DNA of 64,000 nt from the NCBI RefSeq assembly GCF_054482595.1, contig NZ_CM137008.1. The stretch is one strand, 5' to 3'. A model generated the notes under the pieces. It made no database searches. It saw only the letters and a program-made list of their open reading frames with translations, and had not been told where the DNA came from. The translations under genes were made by a program, and so were the position numbers. Of the stretch, positions 48,714 to 62,170 are shown one piece after another (the stretch's first letter is position 1; each line of letters opens with the position of its first letter).

Positions 48714-50045
48714 ATGTCTGAAATGACCCCACGCGAAATCGTCAGCGAACTGGATAAGCACATCATCGGCCAGGACAACGCCAAGCGTTCTGTGGCGATT
48801 GCTCTGCGTAACCGCTGGCGTCGCATGCAGCTCAACGAAGAGCTGCGCCATGAAGTGACCCCGAAAAATATCCTGATGATCGGCCCGACCGGTGTCGGTA
48901 AAACTGAAATCGCCCGTCGTCTGGCTAAGTTGGCGAATGCGCCGTTCATCAAAGTTGAAGCGACCAAATTCACCGAAGTGGGCTACGTCGGTAAGGAAGT
49001 GGATTCTATTATTCGCGATCTGACCGATGCCGCCGTGAAAATGGTACGCGTCCAGGCTATCGAGAAAAACCGTTATCGCGCTGAAGAACTGGCAGAAGAA
49101 CGTATTCTCGACGTGCTGATCCCACCTGCTAAAAACAACTGGGGACAGACCGAACAGCAGCAGGAACCGTCCGCTGCTCGTCAGGCATTCCGCAAAAAAC
49201 TGCGTGAAGGCCAGCTTGATGACAAAGAAATCGAGATCGATCTTGCCGCAGCACCGATGGGCGTTGAAATTATGGCTCCTCCAGGTATGGAAGAGATGAC
49301 CAGCCAGCTGCAGTCCATGTTCCAGAACCTGGGCGGCCAGAAGCAAAAAGCGCGTAAGCTGAAAATCAAAGACGCCATGAAGCTGCTGATTGAAGAAGAA
49401 GCGGCGAAACTGGTGAACCCGGAAGAGCTGAAGCAAGACGCTATCGACGCTGTTGAGCAGCACGGGATCGTGTTTATCGACGAAATCGACAAAATCTGTA
49501 AGCGCGGCGAGTCTTCCGGTCCGGATGTTTCTCGTGAAGGCGTTCAGCGTGACCTGCTGCCGCTGGTAGAAGGTTGCACCGTTTCCACCAAACACGGGAT
49601 GGTCAAAACTGACCACATTCTGTTTATCGCTTCTGGCGCGTTCCAGATTGCGAAACCGTCTGACCTGATCCCGGAACTGCAAGGTCGACTGCCAATCCGC
49701 GTTGAACTGCAGGCACTGACCACCAGCGACTTTGAGCGTATTCTGACCGAGCCGAATGCCTCTATCACCGTGCAGTACAAAGCACTGATGGCGACTGAAG
49801 GCGTAAATATCGAGTTTACCGACTCCGGTATTAAACGCATCGCGGAAGCGGCATGGCAGGTGAACGAATCTACCGAAAACATCGGTGCTCGTCGTTTACA
49901 CACTGTTCTGGAGCGTTTAATGGAAGAGATTTCCTACGACGCCAGCGATTTAAGCGGTCAAAATATCACTATTGACGCAGATTATGTGAGCAAACATCTG
50001 GATGCGTTGGTGGCAGATGAAGATCTGAGCCGTTTTATCCTATAA
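48714..50045 (+). CDS. hslU: ATP-dependent protease ATPase subunit HslU (ClpY)
   Basis: 443 aa [40 protein letters not shown]...; Walker A GPTGVGKT. Confidence 0.96.
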
Positions 50046-50076
50046 TCGCGTTCAATCATTTTCATCATTGTTTGAT

Positions 50077-50100
50077 GGGGCTGAAAGGCCCCATTTTTAT
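50077..50100 (+). terminator. hslVU intrinsic terminator
   Basis: Hairpin ggggctgaaaggcccc followed by atttttatt. Confidence 0.65.
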
Positions 50101-50111
50101 TGGCGCGTATT

Positions 50112-51038
50112 ATGACTGAACAACAAATTAGCCGAACTCAGGCGTGGCTGGAAAGTTTACGACCTAAAACCCTCCCCCTCGCCTTTGCTGCAATTATCGT
50201 CGGGACGGCGCTGGCATGGTGGCAAGGTCATTTTGATCCGCTGGTCGCCCTGCTGGCACTGATTACCGCCGGGCTATTACAGATCCTTTCTAACCTCGCC
50301 AATGATTACGGCGATGCAGTAAAAGGCAGCGATAAACCTGACCGCATTGGGCCGCTACGCGGCATGCAAAAAGGGGTCATTACCCAGCAAGAGATGAAAC
50401 GGGCGCTCATTATTACCGTCGTGCTCATCTGTCTCTCTGGGCTGGCACTGGTTGCAGTGGCATGCCATACGCTGGCTGATTTTGTCGGTTTCCTGATTCT
50501 TGGCGGGTTGTCGATTATTGCCGCTATCACCTACACCGTGGGCAATCGTCCTTATGGTTATATCGGTCTGGGTGATATTTCCGTACTGGTTTTCTTTGGC
50601 TGGTTAAGCGTCATGGGGAGCTGGTATTTACAGGCTCATACATTGATTCCGGCACTGATCCTTCCGGCGACCGCATGCGGCCTGCTGGCAACGGCAGTAC
50701 TGAACATTAATAACCTGCGTGATATCAATAGCGACCGCGAAAACGGCAAAAACACGCTGGTGGTGCGCTTAGGTGAAGTGAACGCGCGTCGTTATCATGC
50801 CTGCCTGCTGATGGGCTCTCTGGTATGTCTGGCGCTGTTTAATCTCTTTTCGCTGCATAGCCTGTGGGGCTGGCTGTTCCTGCTGGCGGCACCGTTGCTG
50901 GTGAAGCAAGCCCGTTATGTGATGCGGGAAATGGACCCGGTGGCGATGCGACCGATGCTGGAACGCACTGTCAAGGGAGCGTTACTGACTAACCTGCTGT
51001 TTGTTGTAGGGATATTCCTAAGCCAGTGGGCAGCATAA
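50112..51038 (+). CDS. menA: 1,4-dihydroxy-2-naphthoate octaprenyltransferase MenA
   Basis: Conserved start MTEQQISRTQAWLESLRPKTLPLAFAAIIVGTALAWWQGHF...; UbiA-family prenyltransferase motif NDYGDAVKGSD. Confidence 0.93.
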   Translation: MTEQQISRTQAWLESLRPKTLPLAFAAIIVGTALAWWQGHFDPLVALLALITAGLLQILSNLANDYGDAVKGSDKPDRIGPLRGMQKGVITQQEMKRALIITVVLICLSGLALVAVACHTLADFVGFLILGGLSIIAAITYTVGNRPYGYIGLGDISVLVFFGWLSVMGSWYLQAHTLIPALILPATACGLLATAVLNINNLRDINSDRENGKNTLVVRLGEVNARRYHACLLMGSLVCLALFNLFSLHSLWGWLFLLAAPLLVKQARYVMREMDPVAMRPMLERTVKGALLTNLLFVVGIFLSQWAA

Positions 51039-51130
51039 CTGACAAATATCAATTAACAATTGATGATTTTGCCAACAGACCACATAGCGCGATATACTGA
51101 AAATTCTCGCAGCAACTGAATGTTAAGCCT

Positions 51131-51616
51131 ATGAAATACGATACTTCCGAGCTTTGTGACATCTATCAAGAAGATGTTAACGTCGTGGAACCGCTGTTCT
51201 CCAACTTTGGCGGACGGGCGTCGTTTGGCGGACAAATAATCACGGTAAAATGTTTCGAGGACAACGGGTTGCTGTACGATCTGCTCGAACAGAATGGCCG
51301 TGGTCGTGTTCTTGTCGTCGATGGCGGTGGTTCTGTTCGTCGCGCACTGGTCGATGCTGAACTGGCGCGTCTGGCAGTACAAAATGAATGGGAAGGTCTG
51401 GTCATTTACGGCGCGGTGCGTCAGGTAGATGACCTGGAAGAGTTGGATATCGGCATCCAGGCGATGGCGGCAATTCCGGTTGGTGCCGCTGGCGAAGGCA
51501 TTGGCGAAAGCGATGTCCGCGTCAATTTTGGCGGTGTTACCTTCTTCTCCGGCGACCATCTTTATGCCGACAATACCGGGATTATTCTTTCAGAAGATCC
51601 GCTGGATATTGAATAA
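51131..51616 (+). CDS. rraA: Regulator of RNase E activity RraA (MenG)
   Basis: 161 aa [46 protein letters not shown]... Confidence 0.95.
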
Positions 51617-51632
51617 GTATCTGCCATGCGTT

Positions 51633-51660
51633 AAAAGGGGAATTAAATTCCCCTTTTTTA
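51633..51660 (+). terminator. rraA intrinsic terminator
   Basis: Hairpin aaaaggggaattaaattcccctttttta. Confidence 0.65.
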
Positions 51661-51663
51661 TAC

Positions 51664-52350
51664 ATGGACGCATTCATGCAGAATATTATTCTTTTATTTA
51701 TATATTTATTACTTATAGCCGTTAACCATTTCCGCTACAAATTTCTTTTATCTGGCAACGCGGGTGAAATGATTTTATATTTTGCTAACGTATTTTTTAA
51801 CCCACTTGCCTTATCATTTATTATCGCCACAATCATCTGTATAACGATAAAAAAAAGAAGCAGCCGCAGCTTTATTCGCGGCACTTGTTGGTTAATGGGA
51901 TTATTTCTTATCTATAGCAGCTATACGGTGTGGGAACGACACAGCATATGGGATTATACTTTCCCGGAGCCAGGTATCACCGTCACGGTTCCGAGCAAAC
52001 AGTGGGTTGCCAATATAGTAAAACAAGGACCAACCCTGGTGACCCGGGATGCCCATGCTATTTTAGCTATTGTTGCCTTCTCACAAAATGAACTCGGTGT
52101 GCATTCAATCGAGGAACTTACCGCGATTCAAAACGGAACTGCAGAAATGCATGTTTGTGATGTTCAGGGATTTGCCTGCGCTTATCAGGAAGGAGTGCAA
52201 ACAATGAGTGATGGCAAAGTAAGACATGCTATTTTCATGACTCTACTGGATAACACTAATTTGATACAACTGGTCGCAGCTATCGACCCAGATTATTTGG
52301 ACGAATATCAAGAAGAAGTAATGAAAATGATGCTTTCTGCTCGTCAATGA
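51664..52350 (+). CDS. Hypothetical membrane-anchored protein, paralog A (start may be internal Met at 51676)
   Basis: 228 aa ORF, AT-rich, 2-3 predicted N-terminal TM helices then ~150 aa domain; about 30% identical to the adjacent downstream ORF with shared motifs (SFxRGxCW, ISVTVP, HxC...F(A/T)CxYQ, MLSA). Confidence 0.6.
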   Translation: MDAFMQNIILLFIYLLLIAVNHFRYKFLLSGNAGEMILYFANVFFNPLALSFIIATIICITIKKRSSRSFIRGTCWLMGLFLIYSSYTVWERHSIWDYTFPEPGITVTVPSKQWVANIVKQGPTLVTRDAHAILAIVAFSQNELGVHSIEELTAIQNGTAEMHVCDVQGFACAYQEGVQTMSDGKVRHAIFMTLLDNTNLIQLVAAIDPDYLDEYQEEVMKMMLSARQ

Positions 52351-52382
52351 TCTGATGTGCATGTTAATAATAATGGATTGAT

Positions 52383-53099
52383 ATGAGATACGTTATCTTA
52401 TTAATACTATGGATAATAACTGTTTTTCTTAGTCATCTTCAGCACAGTAACTTGCTTACTGGAGATCCTGGGATGGTTGGCGAGTATATCGGTTCAGTAC
52501 TTCTTGGGCCGTTATTACTTCCCGTGCTTGTGTCAGGTATTCTGTGCACATTCACTAAAAAAACGCGTAACTTCGCCAGTTTTACTCGCGGGTGCTGTTG
52601 GGTATTGGGAGTCCTGCTTTTATCCAACGTCGGCAATACGTTTCGTCTGTTCACCCCGTGGCACTATACGTTTGAGAAGGCAGCTATTTCCGTGACTGTC
52701 CCAAACCGACACTGGAATACGGTTTCTATTAGTACTGATAAAACCATTGATATAAGAAGTGAAGATAATAGCGTCTTTATTTCTGCTTTCCGCCTGCCCG
52801 CAGGACGTAGCGCCGATGACTCGCTGGAAGAGTTAAAGAAGATGCAGCGAGACAATCTCAAGGATCAATACAATGAAGAAACCTTCCAGTTTCATGATTG
52901 TAATGCCAAACATTTCACCTGTAAGTATCAGGATGTGTTGATAAATTTTGATGGTCAGCAGAAAAGAACCATCAGTGTTTATCTTGAAGACACCCCCAGG
53001 GCTGTGGGGATCATTGCATTAATGGAGCCAGATACGGCAGATAAATATCGCCAACAGGCGATGGAGATTATGTTGTCTGCTAAAAATACAGTGAAGTAA
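52383..53099 (+). CDS. Hypothetical membrane-anchored protein, paralog B
   Basis: 238 aa ORF MRYVILLILWIITVFLSHLQ...; same architecture and conserved motifs as paralog A. Confidence 0.6.
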   Translation: MRYVILLILWIITVFLSHLQHSNLLTGDPGMVGEYIGSVLLGPLLLPVLVSGILCTFTKKTRNFASFTRGCCWVLGVLLLSNVGNTFRLFTPWHYTFEKAAISVTVPNRHWNTVSISTDKTIDIRSEDNSVFISAFRLPAGRSADDSLEELKKMQRDNLKDQYNEETFQFHDCNAKHFTCKYQDVLINFDGQQKRTISVYLEDTPRAVGIIALMEPDTADKYRQQAMEIMLSAKNTVK

Positions 53100-53137
53100 A
53101 AAATAAGGCGCCTTGCGGCGCCTCTGCGTGGAAGAGA

Positions 53138-53446
<309 letters not shown>

Positions 53447-53639
53447 TTAATAAATACGAGCGCACTTTAGTTAGCTCCGATTGTATGAAGCCGCGCCATC
53501 GCTGTCCAGCGGCACGCCTTGCAGATTACGGTTTGCCACACTTTTCATCCTTCTCCTGGTGACATAATCCACACCAATCAAAAATGTTAATAAATTTGTT
53601 GCGCGAATGATCTAACAAACATGCATCATGTACAATCAG

Positions 53640-53760
53640 ATGGAATAAATGGCGCGATAACGCTCATTTTATGACGAAGCACACACATTTTAAGTTCGAT
53701 ATTTCTCGTTTTTGCTCGTTAACGATAAGTTTACAGCATGCCTACAAGCATCGTGGAGGT
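53640..53760 (+). promoter_or_regulatory. glpFKX promoter/operator region (GlpR operators, CRP sites)
   Basis: Upstream of glpF; contains TTCGAT/AACGA half-site-like repeats (aagttcgatatttctcgtttttgctcgttaacgataag). Individual sites not resolved. Confidence 0.45.
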
Positions 53761-53808
53761 CCGTGACTTTCACGCATACAACAAACATTAACTCTTCAGG
53801 ATCCGATT

Positions 53809-56185
<2,377 letters not shown>

Positions 56186-56206
56186 TGTCAGGCACCTGAA
56201 TCGATT

Positions 56207-56312
56207 GCCTGATGCTGATCGCCTGATGCGACGCTTACGCGTCTTATCAGGCCTACGAGCCAATGCCATTTTGTGTAGGCGGGATAAGGCGTTCACGCCG
56301 CATCCGGCATCA
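56207..56312. repeat. REP palindromic repeats (BIME)
   Basis: gcctgatgctgatcgcctgatgcgacgcttacgcgtcttatcaggcctac ... gtaggcgggataaggcgttcacgccgcatccggcat. Confidence 0.7.
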
Positions 56313-56414
56313 CGCAGACTCTGAAACCGTGCGGGGGCAACCCCGCACACATCAATAATCCCCCCCTTCCCCTGTGCTACACTTCGCGCCATTCCTTACT
56401 GCTTAGAGTTTGCT

Positions 56415-57425
56415 ATGAGACGAGAACTTGCCATCGAATTTTCCCGCGTCACCGAATCTGCGGCGCTGGCTGGCTACAAATGGTTAGGACGCGGCGATAA
56501 AAACACCGCGGACGGCGCGGCGGTAAACGCCATGCGTATTATGCTCAACCAGGTCAACATTGACGGCACCATCGTCATTGGTGAAGGTGAAATCGACGAA
56601 GCACCGATGCTCTACATTGGTGAAAAAGTCGGTACTGGTCGCGGCGACGCGGTAGATATTGCTGTTGATCCGATTGAAGGCACGCGCATGACGGCGATGG
56701 GCCAGGCTAACGCGCTGGCGGTGCTGGCAGTAGGCGATAAAGGCTGCTTCCTCAATGCGCCGGATATGTATATGGAGAAGCTGATTGTCGGGCCGGGAGC
56801 CAAAGGCACCATTGATCTGAACCTGCCGCTGGCGGATAACCTGCGCAATGTTGCGGCGGCGCTCGGCAAACCATTGAGCGAACTAACGGTAACGATTCTG
56901 GCAAAACCGCGCCACGATGCCGTTATCGCAGAAATGCAGCAACTCGGCGTACGCGTATTTGCTATTCCGGATGGCGACGTTGCGGCCTCAATTCTCACCT
57001 GTATGCCAGACAGCGAAGTTGACGTGCTGTACGGTATTGGTGGCGCGCCGGAAGGCGTGGTTTCTGCGGCGGTGATCCGCGCATTAGATGGCGACATGAA
57101 CGGTCGTCTGCTGGCGCGTCATGACGTCAAAGGCGACAATGAAGAGAATCGTCGCATTGGCGAGCAGGAGCTGGCACGCTGCAAAGCGATGGGCATCGAA
57201 GCCGGTAAAGTATTGCGTCTGGGCGATATGGCGCGCAGCGATAACGTCATCTTCTCTGCCACCGGTATTACCAAAGGCGATCTGCTGGAAGGCATTAGCC
57301 GCAAAGGCAATATCGCGACTACCGAAACGCTGCTGATCCGCGGCAAATCACGCACCATTCGCCGCATTCAGTCTATCCACTATCTGGATCGCAAAGACCC
57401 GGAAATGCAGGTGCACATCCTCTGA
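56415..57425 (+). CDS. glpX: Fructose-1,6-bisphosphatase class II GlpX
   Basis: 336 aa MRRELAIEFSRVTESAALAGYKWLGRGDKNTADGAAVNAMR... Confidence 0.95.
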   Translation: MRRELAIEFSRVTESAALAGYKWLGRGDKNTADGAAVNAMRIMLNQVNIDGTIVIGEGEIDEAPMLYIGEKVGTGRGDAVDIAVDPIEGTRMTAMGQANALAVLAVGDKGCFLNAPDMYMEKLIVGPGAKGTIDLNLPLADNLRNVAAALGKPLSELTVTILAKPRHDAVIAEMQQLGVRVFAIPDGDVAASILTCMPDSEVDVLYGIGGAPEGVVSAAVIRALDGDMNGRLLARHDVKGDNEENRRIGEQELARCKAMGIEAGKVLRLGDMARSDNVIFSATGITKGDLLEGISRKGNIATTETLLIRGKSRTIRRIQSIHYLDRKDPEMQVHIL

Positions 57426-57447
57426 TTGATTTGATCGATTGAGCCTT

Positions 57448-57476
57448 CCAGTCCTTCGGGACTGGAATTTTTTTGT
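57448..57476 (+). terminator. glpX intrinsic terminator
   Basis: Hairpin tccagtccttcgggactgga followed by attttttt. Confidence 0.65.
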
Positions 57477-57521
57477 TCGGAGAACGAAGATAAGGCAAGT
57501 CAATCAAAACAGGAGAAAAAC

Positions 57522-58268
57522 ATGGCTGATTGGGTAACAGGCAAAGTCACTAAAGTGCAGAACTGGACCGACGCCCTGTTTAGTCTCACCGTTCACGCTC
57601 CCGTGCTTCCGTTTACCGCCGGGCAATTTACCAAGCTTGGCCTTGAAATCGACGGCGAACGCGTCCAGCGCGCCTACTCCTATGTTAACTCGCCCGATAA
57701 TCCCGATCTGGAGTTTTACCTGGTCACCGTCCCCGATGGCAAATTAAGCCCACGATTGGCGGCACTGAAACCGGGCGATGAAGTGCAGGTGGTTAGCGAA
57801 GCAGCTGGCTTCTTTGTTCTGGATGAAGTACCAGATTGCGAAACGCTATGGATGCTGGCAACCGGTACAGCGATTGGCCCTTATTTATCGATTCTACAAC
57901 TAGGCAAAGATTTAGATCGCTTCAAAAATCTGGTCCTGGTGCACGCCGCACGTTATGCCGCCGACTTAAGCTATTTGCCACTGATGCAAGAACTGGAAAA
58001 ACGCTACGAAGGAAAACTGCGCATTCAGACGGTGGTCAGTCGGGAAACGGCAGCGGGTTCGCTCACCGGACGGATACCGGCGTTAATTGAAAGTGGTGAA
58101 CTGGAAAGCGCGGTTGGCCTGCCGATGAATAAAGAAACCAGCCATGTGATGCTGTGCGGCAATCCACAGATGGTGCGCGATACGCAACAGTTGCTGAAAG
58201 AGACCCGGCAGATGACGAAACATTTACGTCGCCGACCGGGTCACATGACAGCGGAGCATTACTGGTAA
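57522..58268 (+). CDS. fpr: Ferredoxin/flavodoxin-NADP+ reductase Fpr
   Basis: 248 aa MADWVTGKVTKVQNWTDALFSLTVHAPVLPFTAGQFTKLGLEIDGERVQRAYSYVN... Confidence 0.95.
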   Translation: MADWVTGKVTKVQNWTDALFSLTVHAPVLPFTAGQFTKLGLEIDGERVQRAYSYVNSPDNPDLEFYLVTVPDGKLSPRLAALKPGDEVQVVSEAAGFFVLDEVPDCETLWMLATGTAIGPYLSILQLGKDLDRFKNLVLVHAARYAADLSYLPLMQELEKRYEGKLRIQTVVSRETAAGSLTGRIPALIESGELESAVGLPMNKETSHVMLCGNPQMVRDTQQLLKETRQMTKHLRRRPGHMTAEHYW

Positions 58269-58272
58269 GCGG

Positions 58273-58701
58273 TTACTTATCGATAAACGGCACGATGAGC
58301 AAATCCGCACTCAACTTATTGATCATCCCGCGATATGCCGGCATCAAACGGTTGATAAATGAGTGGTGATGACCACAGACAAGGAGGTCGCACTGCTCTT
58401 TTTGCATAATTTCCAGCAGTGTTTCCGGCATTTCTCCGCGTTCAATACGCAGTTTTGTCTTCGGCCATTGAATATTTTTCGTCAGTTTATACAGCTTGTT
58501 ATCCGACTTATTCTTCAACAATTGAAGAATATCTTCTGTTGCAGGGAAGTAGATACCCGGGTACAACTCGCTTAAGCCATCATCAATATGAATTAACGTC
58601 AGGTGAGCGTCATTATGTCTGGCGAGCTCCAGGGCTTTATTCACCAGTAAGGCATCTTCTTCATTCCCGGAAATTGCCACGCCAATGTGTTTATAAGCCA
58701 T
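58273..58701 (-). CDS. uspD: Universal stress protein UspD
   Basis: 142 aa [42 protein letters not shown]... Confidence 0.93.
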   Translation of the reverse strand: MAYKHIGVAISGNEEDALLVNKALELARHNDAHLTLIHIDDGLSELYPGIYFPATEDILQLLKNKSDNKLYKLTKNIQWPKTKLRIERGEMPETLLEIMQKEQCDLLVCGHHHSFINRLMPAYRGMINKLSADLLIVPFIDK

Positions 58702-58727
58702 GTTTAACTCCTTCTAAAGCAACTCCA

Positions 58728-59027
58728 TCAAGCTAACGAACGCAGTGATAACTCAAAAATAATCATCTCGGCCTGGCATGAGAAGGTGAAGGCCGCATCA
58801 AGCTCAACTTGCCCCTCCAGATCCTTAATCTTATAGGCCACGCTGGCCCCTTCATCTGCAGAGGATGCAGCGGCGGCAAGCTCTTTCAGTTTGGTCATAA
58901 AGGACTCTGCTTCTTCGCGGGTGGCAAAAAAGCGCGAAAACTTACTGGTACAGTTGTCGTTATCAATCACCGTACCGATATCAATCGCACATCCTTTAGT
59001 ACTGCATTTATCTACGACATCTTTCAT
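58728..59027 (-). CDS. yiiS: DUF406-family protein YiiS
   Basis: 99 aa [50 protein letters not shown]... Confidence 0.9.
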   Translation of the reverse strand: MKDVVDKCSTKGCAIDIGTVIDNDNCTSKFSRFFATREEAESFMTKLKELAAAASSADEGASVAYKIKDLEGQVELDAAFTFSCQAEMIIFELSLRSLA

Positions 59028-59238
59028 AGGGCACCTCTGTATATTCGCCTCTCTGTCGATTACGACTTAAGAATAATGCGCCGTTAAGGGAAGAACAAAC
59101 AAGTAATGATCTTATGGATTACCATTTTTTTTGATATTGCTTAAGGTGAAGAGTTCAGAAGGATTTTCCGGGTATTGTCATTTGCATCGTGGAAATAACA
59201 ATCCCGGAAAAAAATAGCAGTAAGAGATATATTAAAGG

Positions 59239-59679
59239 TTAATTACTTGATTTATTGTCGGCTTTATACTTCACATCCTGAGTATCTTTACCATATTTAT
59301 TTTCGCCTTGTGTGCCAACAAACGCACCAAGATCGATAAGCATCATCACCAGAATCAACGTCGGGACAAAACGCCCCACCGCCCATTGCCAGACACCCGG
59401 TAAAATCGCCCAGTTACCCGCCAGCAGCATCCACGCCACAATCATCAGAAATGCCCATGCGCCGGAACGCCCGCGATCATGCAAGCGCTTAACGGTTACT
59501 GCCGCTGTTGGCCAAAGCAAGCACACAAGGCAAAACGCCGCGGTCTGAATATCGAGTAAATTTTTACCCGCCAGTGAGAAAAGCACCAGCATGCCTGCGA
59601 ACCACAGGCCTATCCAAATCCAGAAATCACGGCGTCCAATACGCCCTTTAAATGAGAATAACCATTGCTGTATGGTCAT
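59239..59679 (-). CDS. yiiR: DUF805-family inner membrane protein YiiR
   Basis: 146 aa MTIQQWLFSFKGRIGRRDFWIWIGLWFAGMLVLFSLAG... Confidence 0.9.
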   Translation of the reverse strand: MTIQQWLFSFKGRIGRRDFWIWIGLWFAGMLVLFSLAGKNLLDIQTAAFCLVCLLWPTAAVTVKRLHDRGRSGAWAFLMIVAWMLLAGNWAILPGVWQWAVGRFVPTLILVMMLIDLGAFVGTQGENKYGKDTQDVKYKADNKSSN

Positions 59680-59779
59680 GTAAGTTCCTTGATGGTTGTC
59701 TTTTCCAAGATTCTACCCTTTTGACAAGGGCGACAGATATCGTTTTAATCGGAGCCAGTCATAACAAAAGGTACTGTCA

Positions 59780-60379
59780 ATGAAGCCAGGGTGTACGCTG
59801 TTTTTTCTCTTATGTTCTGCATTAACCGTTACAACAACGGCGCATGCACAAACACCAGATACGGCAACGACCGCGCCTTATCTGCTGGCTGGAGCCCCTA
59901 CTTTCGATCTCTCCATCAGCCAGTTTCGAGAAGACTTTAACAGCCAGAATCCTAGCCTGCCACTGAACGAATTTCGTGCCATCGACAGCAGTCCCGACAA
60001 AGCCAATCTCACTCGTGCTGCAAGTAAAATTAACGAGAACTTGTATGCTTCTACAGCGCTGGAGCGCGGTACCTTAAAAATCAAAAGCATTCAAATGACC
60101 TGGCTACCCATCCAGGGGCCAGAGCAAAAAGCAGCGAAAGCGAAAGCTCAGGAATACATGGCAGCAGTGATCCGCACACTCACCCCATTAATGACCAAAA
60201 CACAAAGCCAGAAAAAACTGCAGTCGCTACTAACGGCGGGGAAAAACAAACGTTATTACACCGAGACAGAAGGTGCACTGCGTTATGTTGTCGCGGACAA
60301 CGGCGAAAAGGGGCTGACCTTCGCTGTTGAACCGATTAAGCTGGCGCTATCTGAATCGCTTGAAGGTTTGAATAAATGA
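59780..60379 (+). CDS. yiiQ: DUF1454-family secreted protein YiiQ
   Basis: 199 aa with signal peptide MKPGCTLFFLLCSALTVTTTAHAQTPDTATTAPY... Confidence 0.9.
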   Translation: MKPGCTLFFLLCSALTVTTTAHAQTPDTATTAPYLLAGAPTFDLSISQFREDFNSQNPSLPLNEFRAIDSSPDKANLTRAASKINENLYASTALERGTLKIKSIQMTWLPIQGPEQKAAKAKAQEYMAAVIRTLTPLMTKTQSQKKLQSLLTAGKNKRYYTETEGALRYVVADNGEKGLTFAVEPIKLALSESLEGLNK

Positions 60380-60486
60380 CAAAAAGCAAAGCCTTTGTGC
60401 CGATGAATCTCTATACTGTTTCACAGACCTGCTGCCCTGCGGGGCGGCCATCTTCCTTTATTCGCTTATAAGCGTGGAGAATTAAA

Positions 60487-61254
60487 ATGCGACATCCTTT
60501 AGTGATGGGTAACTGGAAACTGAACGGCAGCCGCCACATGGTTCACGAGCTGGTTTCTAACCTGCGTAAAGAGCTGGCAGGTGTTGCTGGCTGTGCGGTT
60601 GCAATCGCACCACCGGAAATGTACATCGATATGGCGAAGCGCGAAGCTGAAGGCAGCCACATCATGCTGGGTGCGCAAAACGTGGACCTGAACCTGTCCG
60701 GCGCATTCACCGGTGAAACTTCTGCCGCTATGCTGAAAGACATCGGCGCTCAGTACATCATCATCGGCCACTCTGAACGTCGTACTTACCACAAAGAGTC
60801 TGACGAACTGATTGCGAAAAAATTCGCGGTGCTGAAAGAGCAGGGTCTGACTCCGGTTCTGTGCATCGGTGAAACCGAAGCTGAAAACGAAGCGGGAAAA
60901 ACTGAAGAAGTTTGCGCACGTCAGATCGACGCGGTACTGAAAACTCAGGGTGCTGCGGCATTCGAAGGTGCGGTTATCGCTTACGAACCTGTATGGGCAA
61001 TCGGTACTGGCAAATCTGCAACTCCGGCTCAGGCACAGGCTGTTCACAAATTCATCCGTGACCACATCGCTAAAGTTGACGCTAACATCGCTGAACAAGT
61101 GATCATTCAGTACGGCGGCTCTGTAAACGCGTCTAACGCTGCAGAACTGTTTGCTCAGCCAGACATCGACGGCGCGCTGGTTGGCGGTGCGTCTCTGAAA
61201 GCTGACGCTTTCGCAGTAATCGTTAAAGCTGCAGAAGCGGCTAAACAGGCTTAA
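60487..61254 (+). CDS. tpiA: Triosephosphate isomerase TpiA
   Basis: 255 aa [52 protein letters not shown]... Confidence 0.97.
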
Positions 61255-61263
61255 GTCTGACAG

Positions 61264-61286
61264 GTGCCGGATTTCATATCCGGCAC
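61264..61286. terminator. Bidirectional terminator between convergent tpiA and cdh
   Basis: Hairpin gtgccggatttcatatccggcac. Confidence 0.6.
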
Positions 61287-61308
61287 TTACTTTCCTTAAC
61301 TCCTCGCC

Positions 61309-62064
61309 TTAACGCAAAATCTCACACTGATGATCCTGGATTTCCTCGGCTGAAGCACGGTTCAGCGTCAGTAGATTTCGTTGTGTCGCCAGCAACACAA
61401 ACGAATTATCACTCTGCCGTACCATCGCCAGCCCGTAGCTTCCCATATGTTCCCGCGCCTCAGGTACTTCTTCTGCCAGCATCATAAATGGGCTGCGTTG
61501 TACCAGTTCGCTTTCCGTTACCCGACGCGCCAGGTATTCATGCCCGCGCAAACCACCTGGCAGTGGCAACCAGCGGCTGCTGATGTTCGCCAGATTGTTA
61601 TCCAGCTGTTCGCGCACATCAGGACGAATACAAGAGATATGAATATGAAAATGGTTTTGCGTACGTCCGGTGCGGGAGTTGATCGCCAAAGAAACCGCGC
61701 GATCGGGAACCGGCTGGCCGTATTTTTTGCTCATAAAATCACGCGCCTGCCAGGCCAACCAAAAGAAGTTCGGCGTTGAAGGATCGGTCAACAAAGGACT
61801 TTCAGTACCGTTAATACGATACGTTGGCATCAACAGATATTGCAGTGAGCCATTAAGATCTTTTAAAACCACGTATCCGGCATTGGGTTTGACTTCCGCA
61901 CATGGCGAAGGATTTTGATTTTGCTGCTGATTGGGCAAACATTCCTCAAGGACAATCTTACGTAATGTATCCGACTCTTCACCGGTTAATTTCCAGTAAC
62001 CAATACCGGCAGCCACAACGGCGATAACTATCATCACCAAAAAAAGAAGACCCGCTTTTTTCAT
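61309..62064 (-). CDS. cdh: CDP-diacylglycerol pyrophosphatase Cdh
   Basis: Track ORF contains the conserved protein from [34 protein letters not shown]...; start coordinate derived from the track frame, upstream 64 codons are extension. Confidence 0.85.
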   Translation of the reverse strand: MKKAGLLFLVMIVIAVVAAGIGYWKLTGEESDTLRKIVLEECLPNQQQNQNPSPCAEVKPNAGYVVLKDLNGSLQYLLMPTYRINGTESPLLTDPSTPNFFWLAWQARDFMSKKYGQPVPDRAVSLAINSRTGRTQNHFHIHISCIRPDVREQLDNNLANISSRWLPLPGGLRGHEYLARRVTESELVQRSPFMMLAEEVPEAREHMGSYGLAMVRQSDNSFVLLATQRNLLTLNRASAEEIQDHQCEILR

Positions 62065-62170
62065 CTTTTTTTCCCTGTACCTCAAAGAGATGCAAGGGTA
62101 ACGCAAAATCGTGACAAATAAAAAACCCGGTCGCGAGAAACCACCGGGTTTGATAATTATCCTGGGGAAA

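Noticed and set aside
48687-49682. 331 aa minus-strand ORF
   Set aside because: Entirely antisense to hslU, a highly conserved gene; low-complexity translation; chance ORF.
62035-62075. Possible frameshift at the cdh start in A/T homopolymer runs
   Set aside because: My manual base-by-base reading of this stretch did not reconcile cleanly with the frame of the track ORF, but the track shows a continuous ORF containing the full Cdh sequence, so I treat cdh as intact; worth a direct check of the homopolymer lengths.
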